Part shown: positions 25,040-39,220 of the stretch, piece by piece
Numbering within the stretch: position 1 is the first letter of the stretch
How the letters are laid out: each line of letters opens with the position of its first letter
Origin: Nemertoderma westbladi
Taxonomy: Eukaryota; Animalia; Xenacoelomorpha
NCBI GenBank assembly: GCA_032718475.1
Contig: JAUCBJ010007295.1
Span: forward strand, 1-57,600
DNA: 57,600 bases
Direction: 5' to 3'
Position numbers and translations under genes: made by a program
Notes under the pieces: model-generated
Databases searched by the model: none
Told to the model about the DNA's origin: nothing
Seen by the model: the letters and a program-made list of their open reading frames with translations, nothing else

Positions 25040-25665
25040 AGCGTGTGGGGCGAGACACGTAGTCGGCGAGCCTTGGCATACGGTTCATATAGGGCAAATG
25101 GGGCATGTCCGTCTGTCTGTCTGTCTGTCTGGTAAATGTTTGAACGCGAATTTCTCGGCATCGCTGGTTCGGAATTGAACCAAACTTAGTAGGTAAGTAG
25201 TAGAGAGAAAGTTTAGAAAGTTTGTAAAGTTTGGTGAAAAATCATGCAGTCTGACGTCAGCTACGACAGATTATGTGGTTTTTAGAAAATGTTAAATTTC
25301 TCGGGAAGGCCTCATTTTCCTGAGCTGAAATTTTGGTGGCCTGTAGAGAATCATGAAGTCTATCTTTTACGAAATTGAAAAGTTAAGACATTTAATTGGG
25401 GATCCACTAGAGACTCAGAAGTAATGACATAGGCCTACCGGTACGGTACTGCTGTACAGTGCTGCACTGGTAAGTACGAAATTGCAGAATAACAATTTGA
25501 CACCACCTAGCGGATTAACATATGATTGTATATCGAATGAATACATTTATAGCATGGGATATGGGGTCCAAACTAAACATGCCCCATTTGCTCTATATGA
25601 ACCGTATGCCAAGGCTTGCCGACTACGTGCTGCGCGAAGTCCCCACGAACGTGTTATAAGTTCCT
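25040..25665 (+). mobile_element. Non-autonomous Helentron/DINE-like (HINE-type) element; family-related ends also at ~9680-9705, ~16650-16680, ~23766, ~33773-35325 and ~52482-55975
   Basis: Head gtggggcgag(a/c)cacg.agt.ggcgagcct, (gtct)n microsatellite, internal aaccaaactt.gta motif, and tail cgtgctgcgcgaagtccccacgaacgtgtt (identical at 35295). Short gtgggg/ccccac inverted ends. Classification is inferred from architecture. Confidence 0.55.
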
Positions 25666-25719
25666 AATTCTTTATGAAGTTAGTTATAACTTTATTTTTA
25701 AATTTATTATTGAATATTA

Positions 25720-27714
25720 GGGCAATTCCACCATTGATGTAACACTTACGTCGAAAGTAAAAGGTCATCTAATCAGCATAATTTTGGGATCAAAATGACG
25801 AGAAATAATGAAACTTTTAATAAAAGTGACGGATATTTAATATTTTTGAGGGTAACAACTGGTTTTTCATTATTCAATATGAGGAAATTTTTTTACTTAT
25901 TTTCAAATTTGCAGAAATTAATCCATGTCATTTTTGACATAATCTTACTACCATTGAAATTGTCTGATTAAGACAGGTAATTACACCAACCGAAAATTCA
26001 ACATTTATTAGAAGCTATTGATGATAAAAATTTGAATATTGACAGCGTAGCATTGTGTATTCAAAGTTTCAAAAATTTTAGATTTGACCTGCAGAATTAT
26101 GAGCGTCCGTAAGGAACAGTACTTAAAGTTTTAGTTTGGAGTACACCCCGCATGTATATTAAACTGACAGTCATTTTCCTTTGGGTTTACAACCAATCAA
26201 AACCATCCATTAGGTCTCTATGTTCTGTATTGCAGCTGAAACGTTTAAGAACAGCGTTACGGACTCACAAATGTTCCGTTACGGACTCACCATGCGGTAG
26301 GTTAGGTGAGAATCATTCTGCTTTGTATACATTATTCACTATGTAAACTGAAAGTATTCAGCTCCTTTTAGTCTGACAATTGTCCATCGACAGTACATTC
26401 GAACGTATTCATCCATACATCATCCTAATGTACGACATTATTCATTGCGCCCGTTTAATCCTGTCTGTTACGCCTAATACTCACATTTCTGGTGTCGAAA
26501 GGGCCAAACGGCATATCACGGATGACAAAAATTACTGACCAAGATGGTATAGTATGATACCCTCGAAGTTCTCGAAAATTTCATGAAACGAGTGAGCGAA
26601 TGATAGATTGTTATACAAAAAAAATCGTCTGTTAGGCCAGGGATTACGCACAAAGTCTCAATAATTATTACCAGTGCGGTCCCCCCAGACCTATATTCCC
26701 CGGAGGAAACCCCAGTACTCATTTAGCTACCCTTTACGGAAGGAAGAGATGCGCCATAGCTAATAAGTCTCGTTATTGTCTTTTAAAGTATTCGTGCCGA
26801 AACGAAAACTACCCTAGCCCTCATGATGGGATCGAAACCACGACCCAAGGAGAAATGTGATTTCAATGCTACTGATTTAACCAACTACGCCAGGGTGTAA
26901 CTTAAGTACAGTGATAGTAGTGATCGTAAATTATAAATACAACGAAATACTGTTCAAAATTAATTTTCCAGTATGAAAAATTTTCCGTGAACGTGGCATT
27001 TATGTTGTTAAAGAAATAGAAAATGGTCGTTTTTAACAAATTATGGTCATATGAACTTATAGGATATTAAATATACACTACTATACACACACCAAATATG
27101 CCTACTCAATCTCATAGATATGATGTACAGTTAACTTCATAAACACTACTAAAGATACTGTATATCTAATAGTGATTCTTAAGGTACATTGTCAAAGGTA
27201 TATAAGTAATAAAGATATTTATTGAATAAATACCATTTAACATTCATTGGTCGTTGTTCTTTTTTTTCTAAACAATATAACGAGTGCATAACGATTTCAA
27301 GTGTGAGTCGTAACATTTTTTTCTGTGAGTCCGTAACGAACAATTTCTCAATAAATGAGGTTTACCACCATATGTTTCTGCTATTAACTTACAAATTTAC
27401 CAAATTTGATGTATCTACCTCGCATTGTGAAAGTTATTACGTATGGCGTTAAACATTTCAGAATTTGTCAAAATAAAATTGGGTAATTTTTCTTTGTCCA
27501 TTTGCATGTGAGTCCGTAAAGGGTACTATATTTACAATATCCTATGAATCTAATGAGGTACAACTCTTTTTTATAAGGAAAAGTAAAGATGTACCATTAA
27601 TCCATCAGCCACCATAGGTAAATGTTATTTATATTGTAAAGTTATTAATTAAAAATATGCCAATTAATTTCGAAAATTGCGTATGAAGGTGAGTCCGTAA
27701 CGATGGAATTGCCC
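25720..27714. mobile_element. Non-autonomous DNA transposon (Sola2-like ends) containing a nested SINE
   Basis: 11-bp TIR gggcaattcca/tggaattgccc flanked by a 4-bp duplication (atta). Internal gttacggactcac (26256, 26278) and inverted gtgagtccgtaa (27325, 27508, 27689). GRG termini with a 4-bp TSD fit Sola2 (inference). Confidence 0.7.
26618..26895 (-). mobile_element. tRNA-derived SINE (same family as 16812-17095)
   Basis: The reverse complement shares tggcgtagttgg, ggtttcgatccc, gttttcgtttcggcacgaat and agactttgtgcgtaatccctggcct. Confidence 0.8.
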
Positions 27715-27927
27715 ATTACAGTTTAATAAAACTGGTGGAGTGAGAATTTGGGATGTAACAATATAACAAACATTTTATTAAATGTATGGACGCTCCAATT
27801 AATTATAATAATATTATAAAAATGGTCTAATTTCTTATGTAAATTTGTTAACCATCGTTTGAATACAAAGTTTTTTTTATTTCGAATTAATTTATTTAAT
27901 AAAGTCCGCTAGATAATCGAGATAGAT

Positions 27928-27953
27928 GCTGCCATAGAGATTAGATGTAAACA
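27928..27953. promoter_or_regulatory. Possible RFX X-box-like site (gctgccatagagat) beside a forkhead site (gtaaaca), upstream of the C21orf58-like gene
   Basis: Motif resemblance only; about 0.7 kb upstream of the ATG, which is itself preceded by a splice acceptor. Confidence 0.3.
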
Positions 27954-28662
27954 AATATTTTCGCCCCTCTCTCATCTCAACAGTCATCAAGATGTGCCAG
28001 CTATGCTATAGTTACAGCAACAAAAAATACATTACTCAAAAAATATTATATTTGGTACCGGTAGGGGGATCGAACCCACAACCGCTGGCTTATGGCTTGA
28101 TTTATTAGGCAGCAATTAACCCTTAATGGTCTAATTAGCGTATGCTAAAAGTTGTGAACACACTATATGGCTAGACATATGAATTCAATATTTCAAAAAA
28201 TTATCAATTAATAAGAAGCTACAGTACATTTCTAGAGGGAAATCGTGTAGGTTTGTTGGTCAAGGGACTATGAGAGGGGTAGCGGTAGGTCTGTAATAAT
28301 CAGGAAGGCGGTGACAGCGCTGTGGATTGGCGTCCCATCTTTGCGATGTGAACTGGGACTTGTGTGGCTGTGGCACAAGGTACAGTAATCCGTTTCATCG
28401 GATATGTGGTATAAGAGCCAAATTATGTGGCAGGAAGATACCATTGCTATTGTATTGTACACACCATAGCAACCAATATAAATATTGGCCCAAATCAATT
28501 TATATAAATTAAATATTATACATTACATTTTACGTACCAGGATACTGTATAAGTATGTATGCAGGTTTGTATTAACACTAGCAAGTACAGTGCGAAATTA
28601 ATATTAAATCAATTAATTACTAAAAGTCTCTAATAGTTAATATAATCGTATTCAGTCAGGAA

Positions 28663-29083
28663 ATGGCTGGAACTGCTGGATTCGATGGAGAAACATTTCG
28701 CGAAAATTTGACCCGAATGAAACTGAAGTTATTGGAGCAGAAACTGACCAATGAGCGGGCGATGGCCAGTCTCGGGGGCGGCCCGCTAGCGGATGGGAAT
28801 ACAACATGCAGGGCCAAAGTGAAACTAGAAACTCTAGTCAAGGAGAGGGACCAACTCATGAGCAAACTGAAGGAGCAGAAGCGACGAAGAGATAACGAAG
28901 ATGAAATGTACAAGAGTTGGTGGATGAAACCGCCGGGGAACTATGAGACAAACCCGGCTATGAAGTATACCCAGGATCTACAGGATACATACATACCTGG
29001 ATACTATGGCAACAAACATAAACAAAGACCAGCTTCAACACACTCGCTGGGTGCTGCCGCCCCTTCATTACCAAATCCATTAG
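28663..29083 (+). CDS. C21orf58: C21orf58-like (DUF4587) protein, coding exon 1
   Basis: LTRMKLKLLEQKLTNER...LETLVKERDQLMSKLKEQ resembles the C21orf58 N-terminal helices. Acceptor ttcag just before the ATG (5'UTR intron); donor ag|gtaaga, phase 1. Confidence 0.7.
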
Positions 29084-29586
29084 GTAAGATATTCTGCTGT
29101 TTTATTTCACTTGCTGTTTTCACCAGTGAAGAAAACTAGGTTTTCACTAAAAAGTAAAAACCCAGGTTACAGAAAGAAACGCTGAAACTAACCAAAACAA
29201 TGAACGAATTAGTACATATCTGTACCGGTACAGTTTAATAACATATAAGAAATAATTGTAACTTTTTGTTGGGCACAGCTTTTGCAAAGTCGGCAATGGC
29301 GTCCAGGTGGGATCGAACTGGTGTAAACCTGGTATTGTTCACCAGGGGGCGTAAACACAGTATAACTTATATTTTCCATATTTGTAACAAAATACTGTGA
29401 GCGAAAAACCTTATAAATCGGTAACACCAGGTTGTTGCGGTAAGATGCTGAGTCACCATGTCGACACAATTAGTATGCCAATGCGTAGTGCGGGTTCACC
29501 GTCAACAGATACCATACGGTGACCACCCCCCCCCCCCCCCCATATATGTTTAATGAGTGTAATCTAATTAATTATTCTCCTTTCAG

Positions 29587-29975
29587 CCTCACTTCCCTAC
29601 TATTTACCGCCATCCACGTTGAACCCTTGGGCAGCCGTGCAACCCATACCGTCGAGACTCAACCCCAGCAGACTCGACACCATGGAGATGATAATGCTAC
29701 AGAACGCCCAAATGCACCAGTCAATGATGCAGACAATGATGCTGAAATCATTGGAACCCAAACCCGAACCCAACCCATTTATGTCCGGTTTACCGCCACC
29801 CTGGATGATATATAACAGACCGGAACCACCCCACACAGTGGCTGCGCCGGAGGTCCATCACTATTACGGACAGCCGCCCATAATGGGGGTGGGGAAGGCG
29901 GGTCAGAAACTACCGCCCATAGACTACGATCACCAAGGGCCTCACGAAGTAGACGCCCTTTACGGTGGCTACTAG
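29587..29975 (+). CDS. C21orf58: C21orf58-like (DUF4587) protein, coding exon 2 (269 aa in total)
   Basis: Acceptor tcctttcag, phase 1, in frame. DTMEMIMLQNAQMHQSMMQTMMLKSL is the DUF4587 (C21orf58/PRR29) signature; VHHYY motif; TAG ends at 29975. Confidence 0.75.
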
Positions 29976-32900
29976 AACTGGTTATTTGAGACGGGGGTGG
30001 GGGGGGGGGGGGGGGGGTGACTAGACGCAAATCCCATCTCTGCGAATTAATATCTCGTCTCAATATTAAAATTCAATTAAGGGAAAACGTTGTTGTAACT
30101 AAAACAATAAACGAAACTCAAAAGGACAAACACAGTTTTATTTTTGAGAGCAATCAGCTGTTATTTGCGTCGATTTTCCCCTGGAGAAGGATGGATTTTG
30201 ATGTTGAATTTTGATTGTCGAAATCCTCCCCCATCGGTTATTTTTACTCCAATATATAGCAGTGAAATGGTAAATGAAAGGTGGTAGTACTGTAGTAGGT
30301 AATATTACACAAATTAACTTCCTTCAAAATAATGGGTGGGGTCTGAGGTATAGGGGCCTACCACTTCCTTAAGTTTTTTATTATTGATTACTATCTGGTT
30401 TATTTGTAATAATTAAATTTACAAAGTTTCATCACGAAAATTAAATATTATCATTTTTAATATTTAAACATTTATAGCCCTACATCTTAATTATTTGTTG
30501 CATGTGAAAAGATTACATTACTGGGAAGGTTATTACTGTCCTGGGGTATTTTATTTTATACTGTTCAGTTAATATACAATAATTAGACTTTGCTACCCTA
30601 TAACTCGGCCATCCAGGCATTTTGCAAGTGTAATTTAGAAGACTTCCTTCCTTCAAATTTCATGCAATCTCATTTAAGATTAGTAGAAAAAAATGCTGGG
30701 GGGGGGGGGGGGGGGGCTCTGGTCCGGGGCATTGGGTACAGTTTATGTGGCATCAGGAAATATTGGCTGATAAGAGTGGTTTATTAGCGCTTAACGAACT
30801 AACAGAGTTAGTTCAATAAAGCTCCGATTGGTGACTGGTAATGGAAAACTTTGTGACACTTTTGTGTTAAAAGGTGTAATATTTTTGTTGGAAATTTTCA
30901 AATGTATAGGAGGTATTAATAGACCTATAAAGTATTAACAATTTGTAGAAAATTTTAGCTGTAGGGTTAGCCAAGGACAAAAAAACCCGTAGAGAACGGG
31001 TTCAATAATAGCGCTGTCACAGCTACTGTATGGATTCTACAGTATTGTAACCGACACGGCTCAGTTGTACGTAAGCTGATTCAATTAGGTGCGTGGTACA
31101 GTTACAGTTAGAACCCCCAACCACCCCTCTCCCATCGTCACAACCGTATCCACCCCCCTTACACAAATGACGCCAATTATCTATGGCGATTAAATGTCCG
31201 CGATTAATTAATTGCCTTGACATTATTTTATTTCCACACTTATAAGCAAAACAATAAGAATTACCAGTTCAATATAATATTATATTCTCCACAAAAGTAC
31301 TGGTATAAAATATTTGGATTAAAATCAAGATTCATTTAGAACACAAATTAATTAAAAGTGATAATAAAATATAATGTATAACTCGAACTTAGCATACTAA
31401 ACGCAAACAGTTCACTTCAAAAGAAATTAAAACTAACAACTTAATAATAAACATACTGAATATAGGGACTCATTGTACGAATAATATGATATTGATATAT
31501 ACAGTACACTAGGATGTTCACCTGAATATGTATGTAATTCATTTTTGAATAACTCGATCTTGATGAAAAAAATCTTGCACAACATTTATGTAGGGTTGGT
31601 TTCGAGCACTGCTTTAAATAGAAACTAAATTAATCTTTATCGTCAAAGTAAAAGTTATTCGAAAATGAAGGTGTTACGTACAGTATTCTGGTAAAACCTG
31701 TAATTGTTTTAATAAAAATGTGACAAAAATTAAGACATTAAATTATTGAGGATACTTTATAACTAGAAATTATTATAAAGCAAAATTCAAAAACAACTAA
31801 AAACTTTTCGTGTAAGTAACACCCTCACTCATGATAATGCCCTGTAGAAGTGTTCTTTTATTAACTTTCATATTCAAGATCAAAAGTTTTAGCATTTCGA
31901 AATCTGTTAATAACGGTATACTATTTAAAAACTGTTTTTGATTATTTTGTTACAAAGTGAGAAATAATAATTATCATTATTATAATAATAAAACAAAATA
32001 AAAAAGCGGGATGGCTATCCTATAATACTGTATGTCAAGTAGCATTAATAAAATAAATCATACAAGGATAAAAAGATAGCAAACGAAAATAAACAAAGGG
32101 TGTAGGCCTATTCGAAAAGGTTCCATCACAATAAAACAATAATAAGGGAACACTTACTTAAACAAAATGGATAAAGGTGCAGGAAAAAAACTAAAATTAA
32201 GCTAAAAGGTTGCTTTATAATTCAATGATTAAAATACGTCGATTTAATATTTAAATCTATGTAAATAATATGTTGTAAAAAGACAAACACGTTCGCATTT
32301 AACGAAAAGCACAAAACATGAAGACGGTTTACATTTAATCGTATTGTATCAAACTTGTGTACAGTAGTAGGCCTTAGGCCTAATATTAATTGGAACCGAT
32401 ATGAGACTATACAGTCTTACAATAATTCATTAATTATAGCTTCATCATATATTTGGAAGATATAAAAATGCCTGTAACACAAAATCCACCAGAATATAAT
32501 GCAGACATTAAATACATTTCCGAAAGTGGCACAAAATTAGATAAAAAAAATCCACACAAATGTTGGAAATAAATGATAAAAAAACGAAAAAATCTATTAC
32601 AGTAGTAATACTGTACTGTACCGTAGGAGGCCTACTGTATACTTCAGTTTTGTTGAAGTTACCTTCTACAAAGGTGACCTACAGATACTGATCGTGATCA
32701 ATTTATGGTCAAACAGGTGTTTTTATATCTGAAGTTGGTCAAATTCGTATACATTGAAGTTTCCAGGGTCACGAACCTACAGTACTGTTGTAGTTGTACA
32801 GTAGTAGGCCTAGATTTAATGAAATAATTGCTATAAGGGTGAACTGTGTTTAAAATACTTCCACAAAACGAAACATTTAGGCCATTTAGCAAGAGACTAC

Positions 32901-35900
32901 AGTTTAGTACCGGAACGTAAGAATATTAAAAAATACCAGGGCAAATGTACTTAACTAACTTGAACCCAAAATGCCGTATGTCTAAACAAACTATTATATT
33001 TATTTATTTAATTGAATAAAAATCGCGAAATTTCTAGTAACAAAACTACCGAAATATAAAAAGATCATAAAAAAATCTATTTATAATGGGCCGGGATGTT
33101 AAACGGGTAGGCGCAAATTATTATTAAGTTATATCTAATAAAATGGTTAAAGCCACGAACTATACGATATTAGTTAGCAGGTTATACTAAATATTTTATC
33201 TAAAACGTTTGCATAGAACCATTAATTGTCGCTTACGCATTCACTAAATTACTAATTAAAACATTCAGTTAAAATCACAAGGCCTGACAAAATGTTGATG
33301 CATTTTTTTTTTAAGTTTCCTAAAAAAAAGTTACAGTAGAAAAAAAAAATGCTACGTAAAATCACAACCCTTTCGATTGCACTGCTAGCTATATGTTTGG
33401 GTACAAAACACAATCGAGTATTATAGGCAAGATAATTAAATGTTTCCCAGTTGAATATAACGGCAAGGATGCGTGTATGTAATGTACAGTATATAGCTAA
33501 TAGCAGCGGGCCTCAATAATAAAATTCACTAATATTATTGTCTGTCATTTAGTTTACACTAACTTTCTATTTAGTAAGAGGTTAGCTAATAAGGGATGAA
33601 GGATAACTATACTGTATCATCCTTATACTGGCTAATATTTGCACAGAATTAAAAAGGTTAAAGAATAATAAGCACCTTTGAATCAATCGTTTTATAATAT
33701 TATAATATATACATTGATTGGTCCACACCTACTTCACTCCATGTCGCAAATGAGTTGCTTATATGGTTTAGGTGTGGGGCGAGCCACGAAGTGAGTGAGC
33801 CTTAGCGTAGTGGTACCATTAATCAACCTGTCGTTATGTCGTTCTGTCGTGTTCAATTTTAAACGTTAATAACTCGGCCAATCTTTGATGAAATCTATCC
33901 AAACTTGGTACACATGTTGTTTGGCAAAAGTTTAGAAATTTTCCAAGTAGAATTTCCGTGTGGCCTTCGAGAAGCTAAGATAATAGCAGTTAATTAGTTA
34001 ATTAAGTTGATTGCGGTGAAAACGCCATTTTCAACCTGCCTTTTAAAGGAAATTAATTGTTTTACAGTATAAGATTTAAATAATTATACTTAAAAATTAT
34101 ACAGATATAATCCCCATACGCCATTCTATTATAGTTTTTAATTAGTTTAAGTGATTTGCTTTAATAAATGTGTCTTTAATTGATCTAAACGTAATTAAAC
34201 CGCACAATTATTGAGTACAAATTTAATCCTTCCCATTATTGGTCAAGTCTCTGCTAGTGTGGAGCTAGCTGCTGGGAGTTGTGGCTGTAGACTAACCTGA
34301 GAGGAATTGTAATAGAGGCAACCAGTATTGCTATTCCAGCCCAATCACTGAATTGTGTTTATTATAGGCTGGACGGGCCGCATAACCGTTCGACTATTAC
34401 TACTATTGCTATCTCAGTTAAATGACAGATATAATAACATAAATACAATCCATGGCATGGCTGTTGTAGGCTTCTGAAATAGTTTATTCCACAATGTATA
34501 TGTCTGGTTATTTTTTAATTGAATTTTTGCAAAGTAGTAAAATTAATGTTCTTAAAAATAATATTATTATTTTATATGTAACCTAGGAAATTAGCTACAT
34601 TTTTTCGCTGCAGCTTTAAGAGTGTACATTGATTTAATATTATTTCAATACCCATATTACTACATCGGAATAAGATGCGTTGGCGTTGTATCACACATCT
34701 CCACATATCACACATCTCCACATAGATGTATCAACAGTTACTCGCACAGTTTCGAAACTTCGCATAGTTATAACTGTATAAAGATCGTCAGTCTGCGTTT
34801 AGGAAAAATATTTTATGACAAAACAGGACAAGCGACGAGCGCAACGAGGCATATAATGAAGACGAGTACTGCGTTGACTAAATTATTATATAAACCACCT
34901 GGCTTCACATATTGATCGCATCCCTAGTTATTATTATTATAAAGATCGTCCTAGCCTGCGTTTAAGAAATATATTTAAATACAAAACAGGACGAACGCAA
35001 AGAGGCTTATAATGAAAACGAGTACTGCGTTTATTATATTCCTATAAACCACCTGGCTTTGCATATTTAACGTGCGATTGGAAATAAGTTCGTGCTACCC
35101 TTCCGTGGGTGGTAGATGTCGCGGTTATGTATTGGTGGTTGGGAAGGGTGGGGGGGGGGGGGGGGGGGAGATTAAAAGGGGTGAACACGTACTGTCCACC
35201 TTTCTTTGATTGATTGGTGGTGTGGGTAAATTTCTCAAAACCTGATTTTGTGATACAGTCGCTGCATTTTAATTTGTATATAATAACTAGGCCTCGTGCT
35301 GCGCGAAGTCCCCACGAACGTGTTACAGTTGGTTTACAGTAGGTTTCCTACAGTAGGCCTAGATAGGCAATAATAACTGTAGGACTACAGAGTACAAAAT
35401 GGCCAAAATAAGATACAATACAATTTATGTTATTTATTATTGCAGAAAACAGGCAGTAAATTCCAAATGGTAATTAATTACCGGTGGGTAAATATGGTAA
35501 ATTAGTATAATTATAAATAAAATAGACATGCATTATTGTTCTTTTAATGTTTTAGGTCTACTAACAAGATAAATTCAAAACTACCATGTGTTGATTATCA
35601 TATAAATAAGACATGAATTATAATACAATTTTGTATCTTGTATTAGGCCCTATGTAACATTACTGTATTTATTTACTTGTAGTTAAAAATTGTTTAAATT
35701 TCGAAATATACAGTAAGATGGAATATTTATAAATAGCGGCCTGTATGCCTTTTATATTTGGTAATTAAAAATAATCGACGAATTATATAGGCCTAACATA
35801 AACAATTTATTAATTATGTAAAAAGATTAGTATGAATTACGCCTACAAATTTAAATATTAAAACATATTATTAATTATTATGATTATTAATTTGAACGAT

Positions 35901-36921
35901 AATAATAATAAAAACGATAGCCAACTGGATTAGCTTATTAACACTAAAGTTAAAATCAGCGTAAATAATTGTATTTAACCTAGGAAGATTAGAATAATAC
36001 AGAAACAAACCCATCGATATGTCAACTCTGATCTAATTTAGACCAGTTTTATGTTGTAGATTGAGGTTCCAAAATTAACGTACAGTATAACTACTATATA
36101 TGCAACATATTATCTCTCATATTGAGGATGGCCTACTGTATGTATGTGACATAAATGAATTGAATTATAAAATTAAAATATTCACAGTAAACAATTATAT
36201 TATATAATGATAGTAATTAATACAGAAATAAATTTACATTATTAATTAATATTTTAAATATTAATTAAAATGTAACATATTAATTAATGTTTTAAAATTT
36301 AATTAATATTTACAATATTATTAGAAACTTATTATTGAATATTTGACCGGTACAATATAAACCAAACTTAATATATTAATATTATTTAGAATAAGTGAAA
36401 TTAATACACTTTAGGATAACATATTATTATGTAACTGTAGGGGCCTAATTAAAAAGGAAGAAATTCAAATGTAATTGTTTGGTACAATTTGAATATAACC
36501 AAAACTACGGTTGGCGATAATAGGGCCTATAAGTTATCTCCCATACGGAAACGCAATTCAATTAAACCCTGTCTCCATAGTGGTAAAGGTAACAAGTAGC
36601 ATTGATTCAATGTCCTCCATCAGTTTGTATCGGACTAATAATGCTGAGTAAAATAGTAGCATAATTGGTAGTTTATAATAGAAATAACATAAACGAGTAG
36701 GTATTTGGAGAAAACTCCTGAAACAAAAACATAAATAATATTAATTAAGAAATAAAAATATGGAATTTATGTTTAACAAATTCAGTGTCTCTGAGTTAAA
36801 GCTGAAATCTGAAAATATAATATATATATAAAATCCCTAGGGGTTATTAAGAAATTTATTTTTTTTAAAAACAAATTTATCTACAAAATGTTGGTCTTTA
36901 GGTCCTGCGGTGCCGAGTCTT

Positions 36922-38365
36922 ACAGTAGGTACCTAATGACGCGGAACCATAGAGTGTACAGTTACGGTAATGTACAGCAGTAGGTACCTAATGACGCGGA
37001 ACCATAGAGTGTACAGTTACGGTAATGTACAGCAGTAGGTACCTAATGACGCGGAACCATAGAGTGTACAGTTACGGTAATGTACAGCAGTAGGTACCTA
37101 ATGACGCGGAACCATAGAGTGTACAGTTACGGTAATGTACAGCAGTAGGTACCTAATGACGCGGAACCATAGAGTGTACAGTTACGGTAATGTACAGCAG
37201 TAGGTACCTAATGACGCGGAACCATCGAGTGTACAGTTACGGTAATGTACAGCAGTAGGTACCTAATGACGCGGAACCATAGAGTGTACAGTTACGGTAA
37301 TGTACAGCAGTAGGTACCTAATGACGCGGAACCATACATAGAATGTACAGTTACGGTAATGTACAGCAGTAGGTACCTAATGACGCGGAACCAGAGTGTA
37401 CAGTTACGGTAATGTACAGCAGTAGGTACCTAATGACGCGGAACCATAGAGTGTACAGTTACGGTAATGTACAGCAGTAGGTACCTAATGACGCGGAACC
37501 ATAGAGTGTACAGTTACGGTAATGTACAGCAGTAGGTACCTAATGACGCGGAACCATACATAGAATGTACAGTTACGGTAATGTACAGCAGTAGGTACCT
37601 AATGACGCGGAACCATAGAGTGTACAGTTACGGTAATGTACAGCAGTAGGTACCTAATGACGCGGAACCATAGAGTGTACAGTTACGGTAATGTACAGCA
37701 GTAGGTACCTAATGACGCGGAACCATAGAGTGTACAGTTACGGTAATGTACAGCAGTAGGTACCTAATGACGCGGAACCATAGAGTGTACAGTTACGGTA
37801 ATGTACAGCAGTAGGTACCTAATGACGCGGAACCATAGAGTGTACAGTTACGGTAATGTACAGCAGTAGGTACCTAATGACGCGGAACCATAGAGTGTAC
37901 AGTTACGGTAATGTACAGCAGTAGGTACCTAATGACGCGGAACCATAGAGTGTACAGTTACGGTAATGTACAGCAGTAGGTACCTAATGACGCGGAACCA
38001 TAGAGTGTACAGTTACGGTAATGTACAGCAGTAGGTACCTAATGACGCGGAACCATAGAGTGTACAGTTACGGTAATGTACAGCAGTAGGTACCTAATGA
38101 CGCGGAACCATAGAGTGTACAGTTACGGTAATGTACAGCAGTAGGTACCTAATGACGCGGAACCATAGAGTGTACAGTTACGGTAATGTACAGCAGTAGG
38201 TACCTAATGACGCGGAACCATAGAGTGTACAGTTACGGTAATGTACAGCAGTAGGTACCTAATGACGCGGAACCATAGAGTGTACAGTTACGGTAATGTA
38301 CAGCAGTAGGTACCTAATGACGCGGAACCATAGAGTGTACAGTTACGGTAATGTACAGCAGTAAG
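36922..38365. repeat. Minisatellite, 55-bp unit, about 26 near-identical copies
   Basis: gtaggtacctaatgacgcggaaccatagagtgtacagttacggtaatgtacagca repeated; contains the palindrome taggtaccta. Confidence 0.97.
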
Positions 38366-39220
38366 TACTAGTATCGGTACGTTACGGCTCATGATCTACT
38401 TTAGTACTTCATGTCCTGCTCCTTTTCCTCAATTGGTAATTGGTTTTGGCCAGAAAAGAAGAGTTTTGCTACAGTCACATCGAAATCGACTATCTGACAA
38501 CATCAAGAAATTTATCAAATTTAGAATCTTTTACAAACGGTACAGGGAAATTTTTCGTGTGATTTTTATATAGTTTGAGTTCGACTGAACGTGACGAACG
38601 TCCTTTAATGCATGTGAATCACAGTACTTCAGTACAGTCTATAAGTGTCGAAAGAAAAAGGGAAAAAAGAGCAATAAAAGGGGACATATGTAAAAGTATT
38701 CGAGAAAAAAAAAGGGAACAAACTGAGTAAATAAAAGGGGCATAAAAAATAACTGCTAGTTTAACGCTACGCCTACAGTACATACTGTATGTTACCTGTA
38801 GGCCTACATGTACAGGTACTGTACACCATATGGTCGGTTGGCCGATATACAGAGAATATCGCCTGTCCCAGAAGGTGATATACGGTTATAAAACCTGAAG
38901 TAAATAAATCGTGATTTATTTGCTGAATTGATATTCTCAAATAAATTGTATTTCTATAGTGTACAATATTTCTAACTCCCGTTTATTGTTTTGGTTCGTT
39001 TCAACCCTATAACCTGCTTCTGTACTATTCTGGCTACAATAGAGGTGTGTACAGTTATGTGTAGCGTTTACCCCAAAAGGAAGCTACTATGTAATTTTAA
39101 CATTTTAAACCAATGGTAACGGAACCACTTACCGTGAGACTATTGTTGCAGGAGACACACAACCAGTAGCATAAATATATTCCTCATTCTCATATAAAAT
39201 ACCTCACATAATAATCGGAA

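Noticed and set aside
29084-29139. C-terminus of ORF 28663..29139 (GKIFCCFISLAVFTSEEN)
   Set aside because: Read-through into the intron after a consensus donor ag|gtaaga; the conserved DUF4587-like part is in the next exon.
31200-36800. Many (G/A)U1-3AGU matches on the minus strand as evidence of Musashi autoregulation
   Set aside because: Expected by chance in such AT-rich sequence; enrichment cannot be judged without computation, and the UTR itself is unconfirmed.
36933-36950. ctaatga-cgcg-gaac in the 55-bp unit as a retrozyme-type hammerhead
   Set aside because: Both core boxes deviate (CTAATGA, GAAC) and the helices do not form.
36922-38365. CRISPR-like appearance of the regular arrays (also 9966-11830, 43974-44542 and 52670-55965)
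   Set aside because: Units are repeated in full with no unique spacers, there are no cas genes, and the context is spliceosomal-intron animal DNA.
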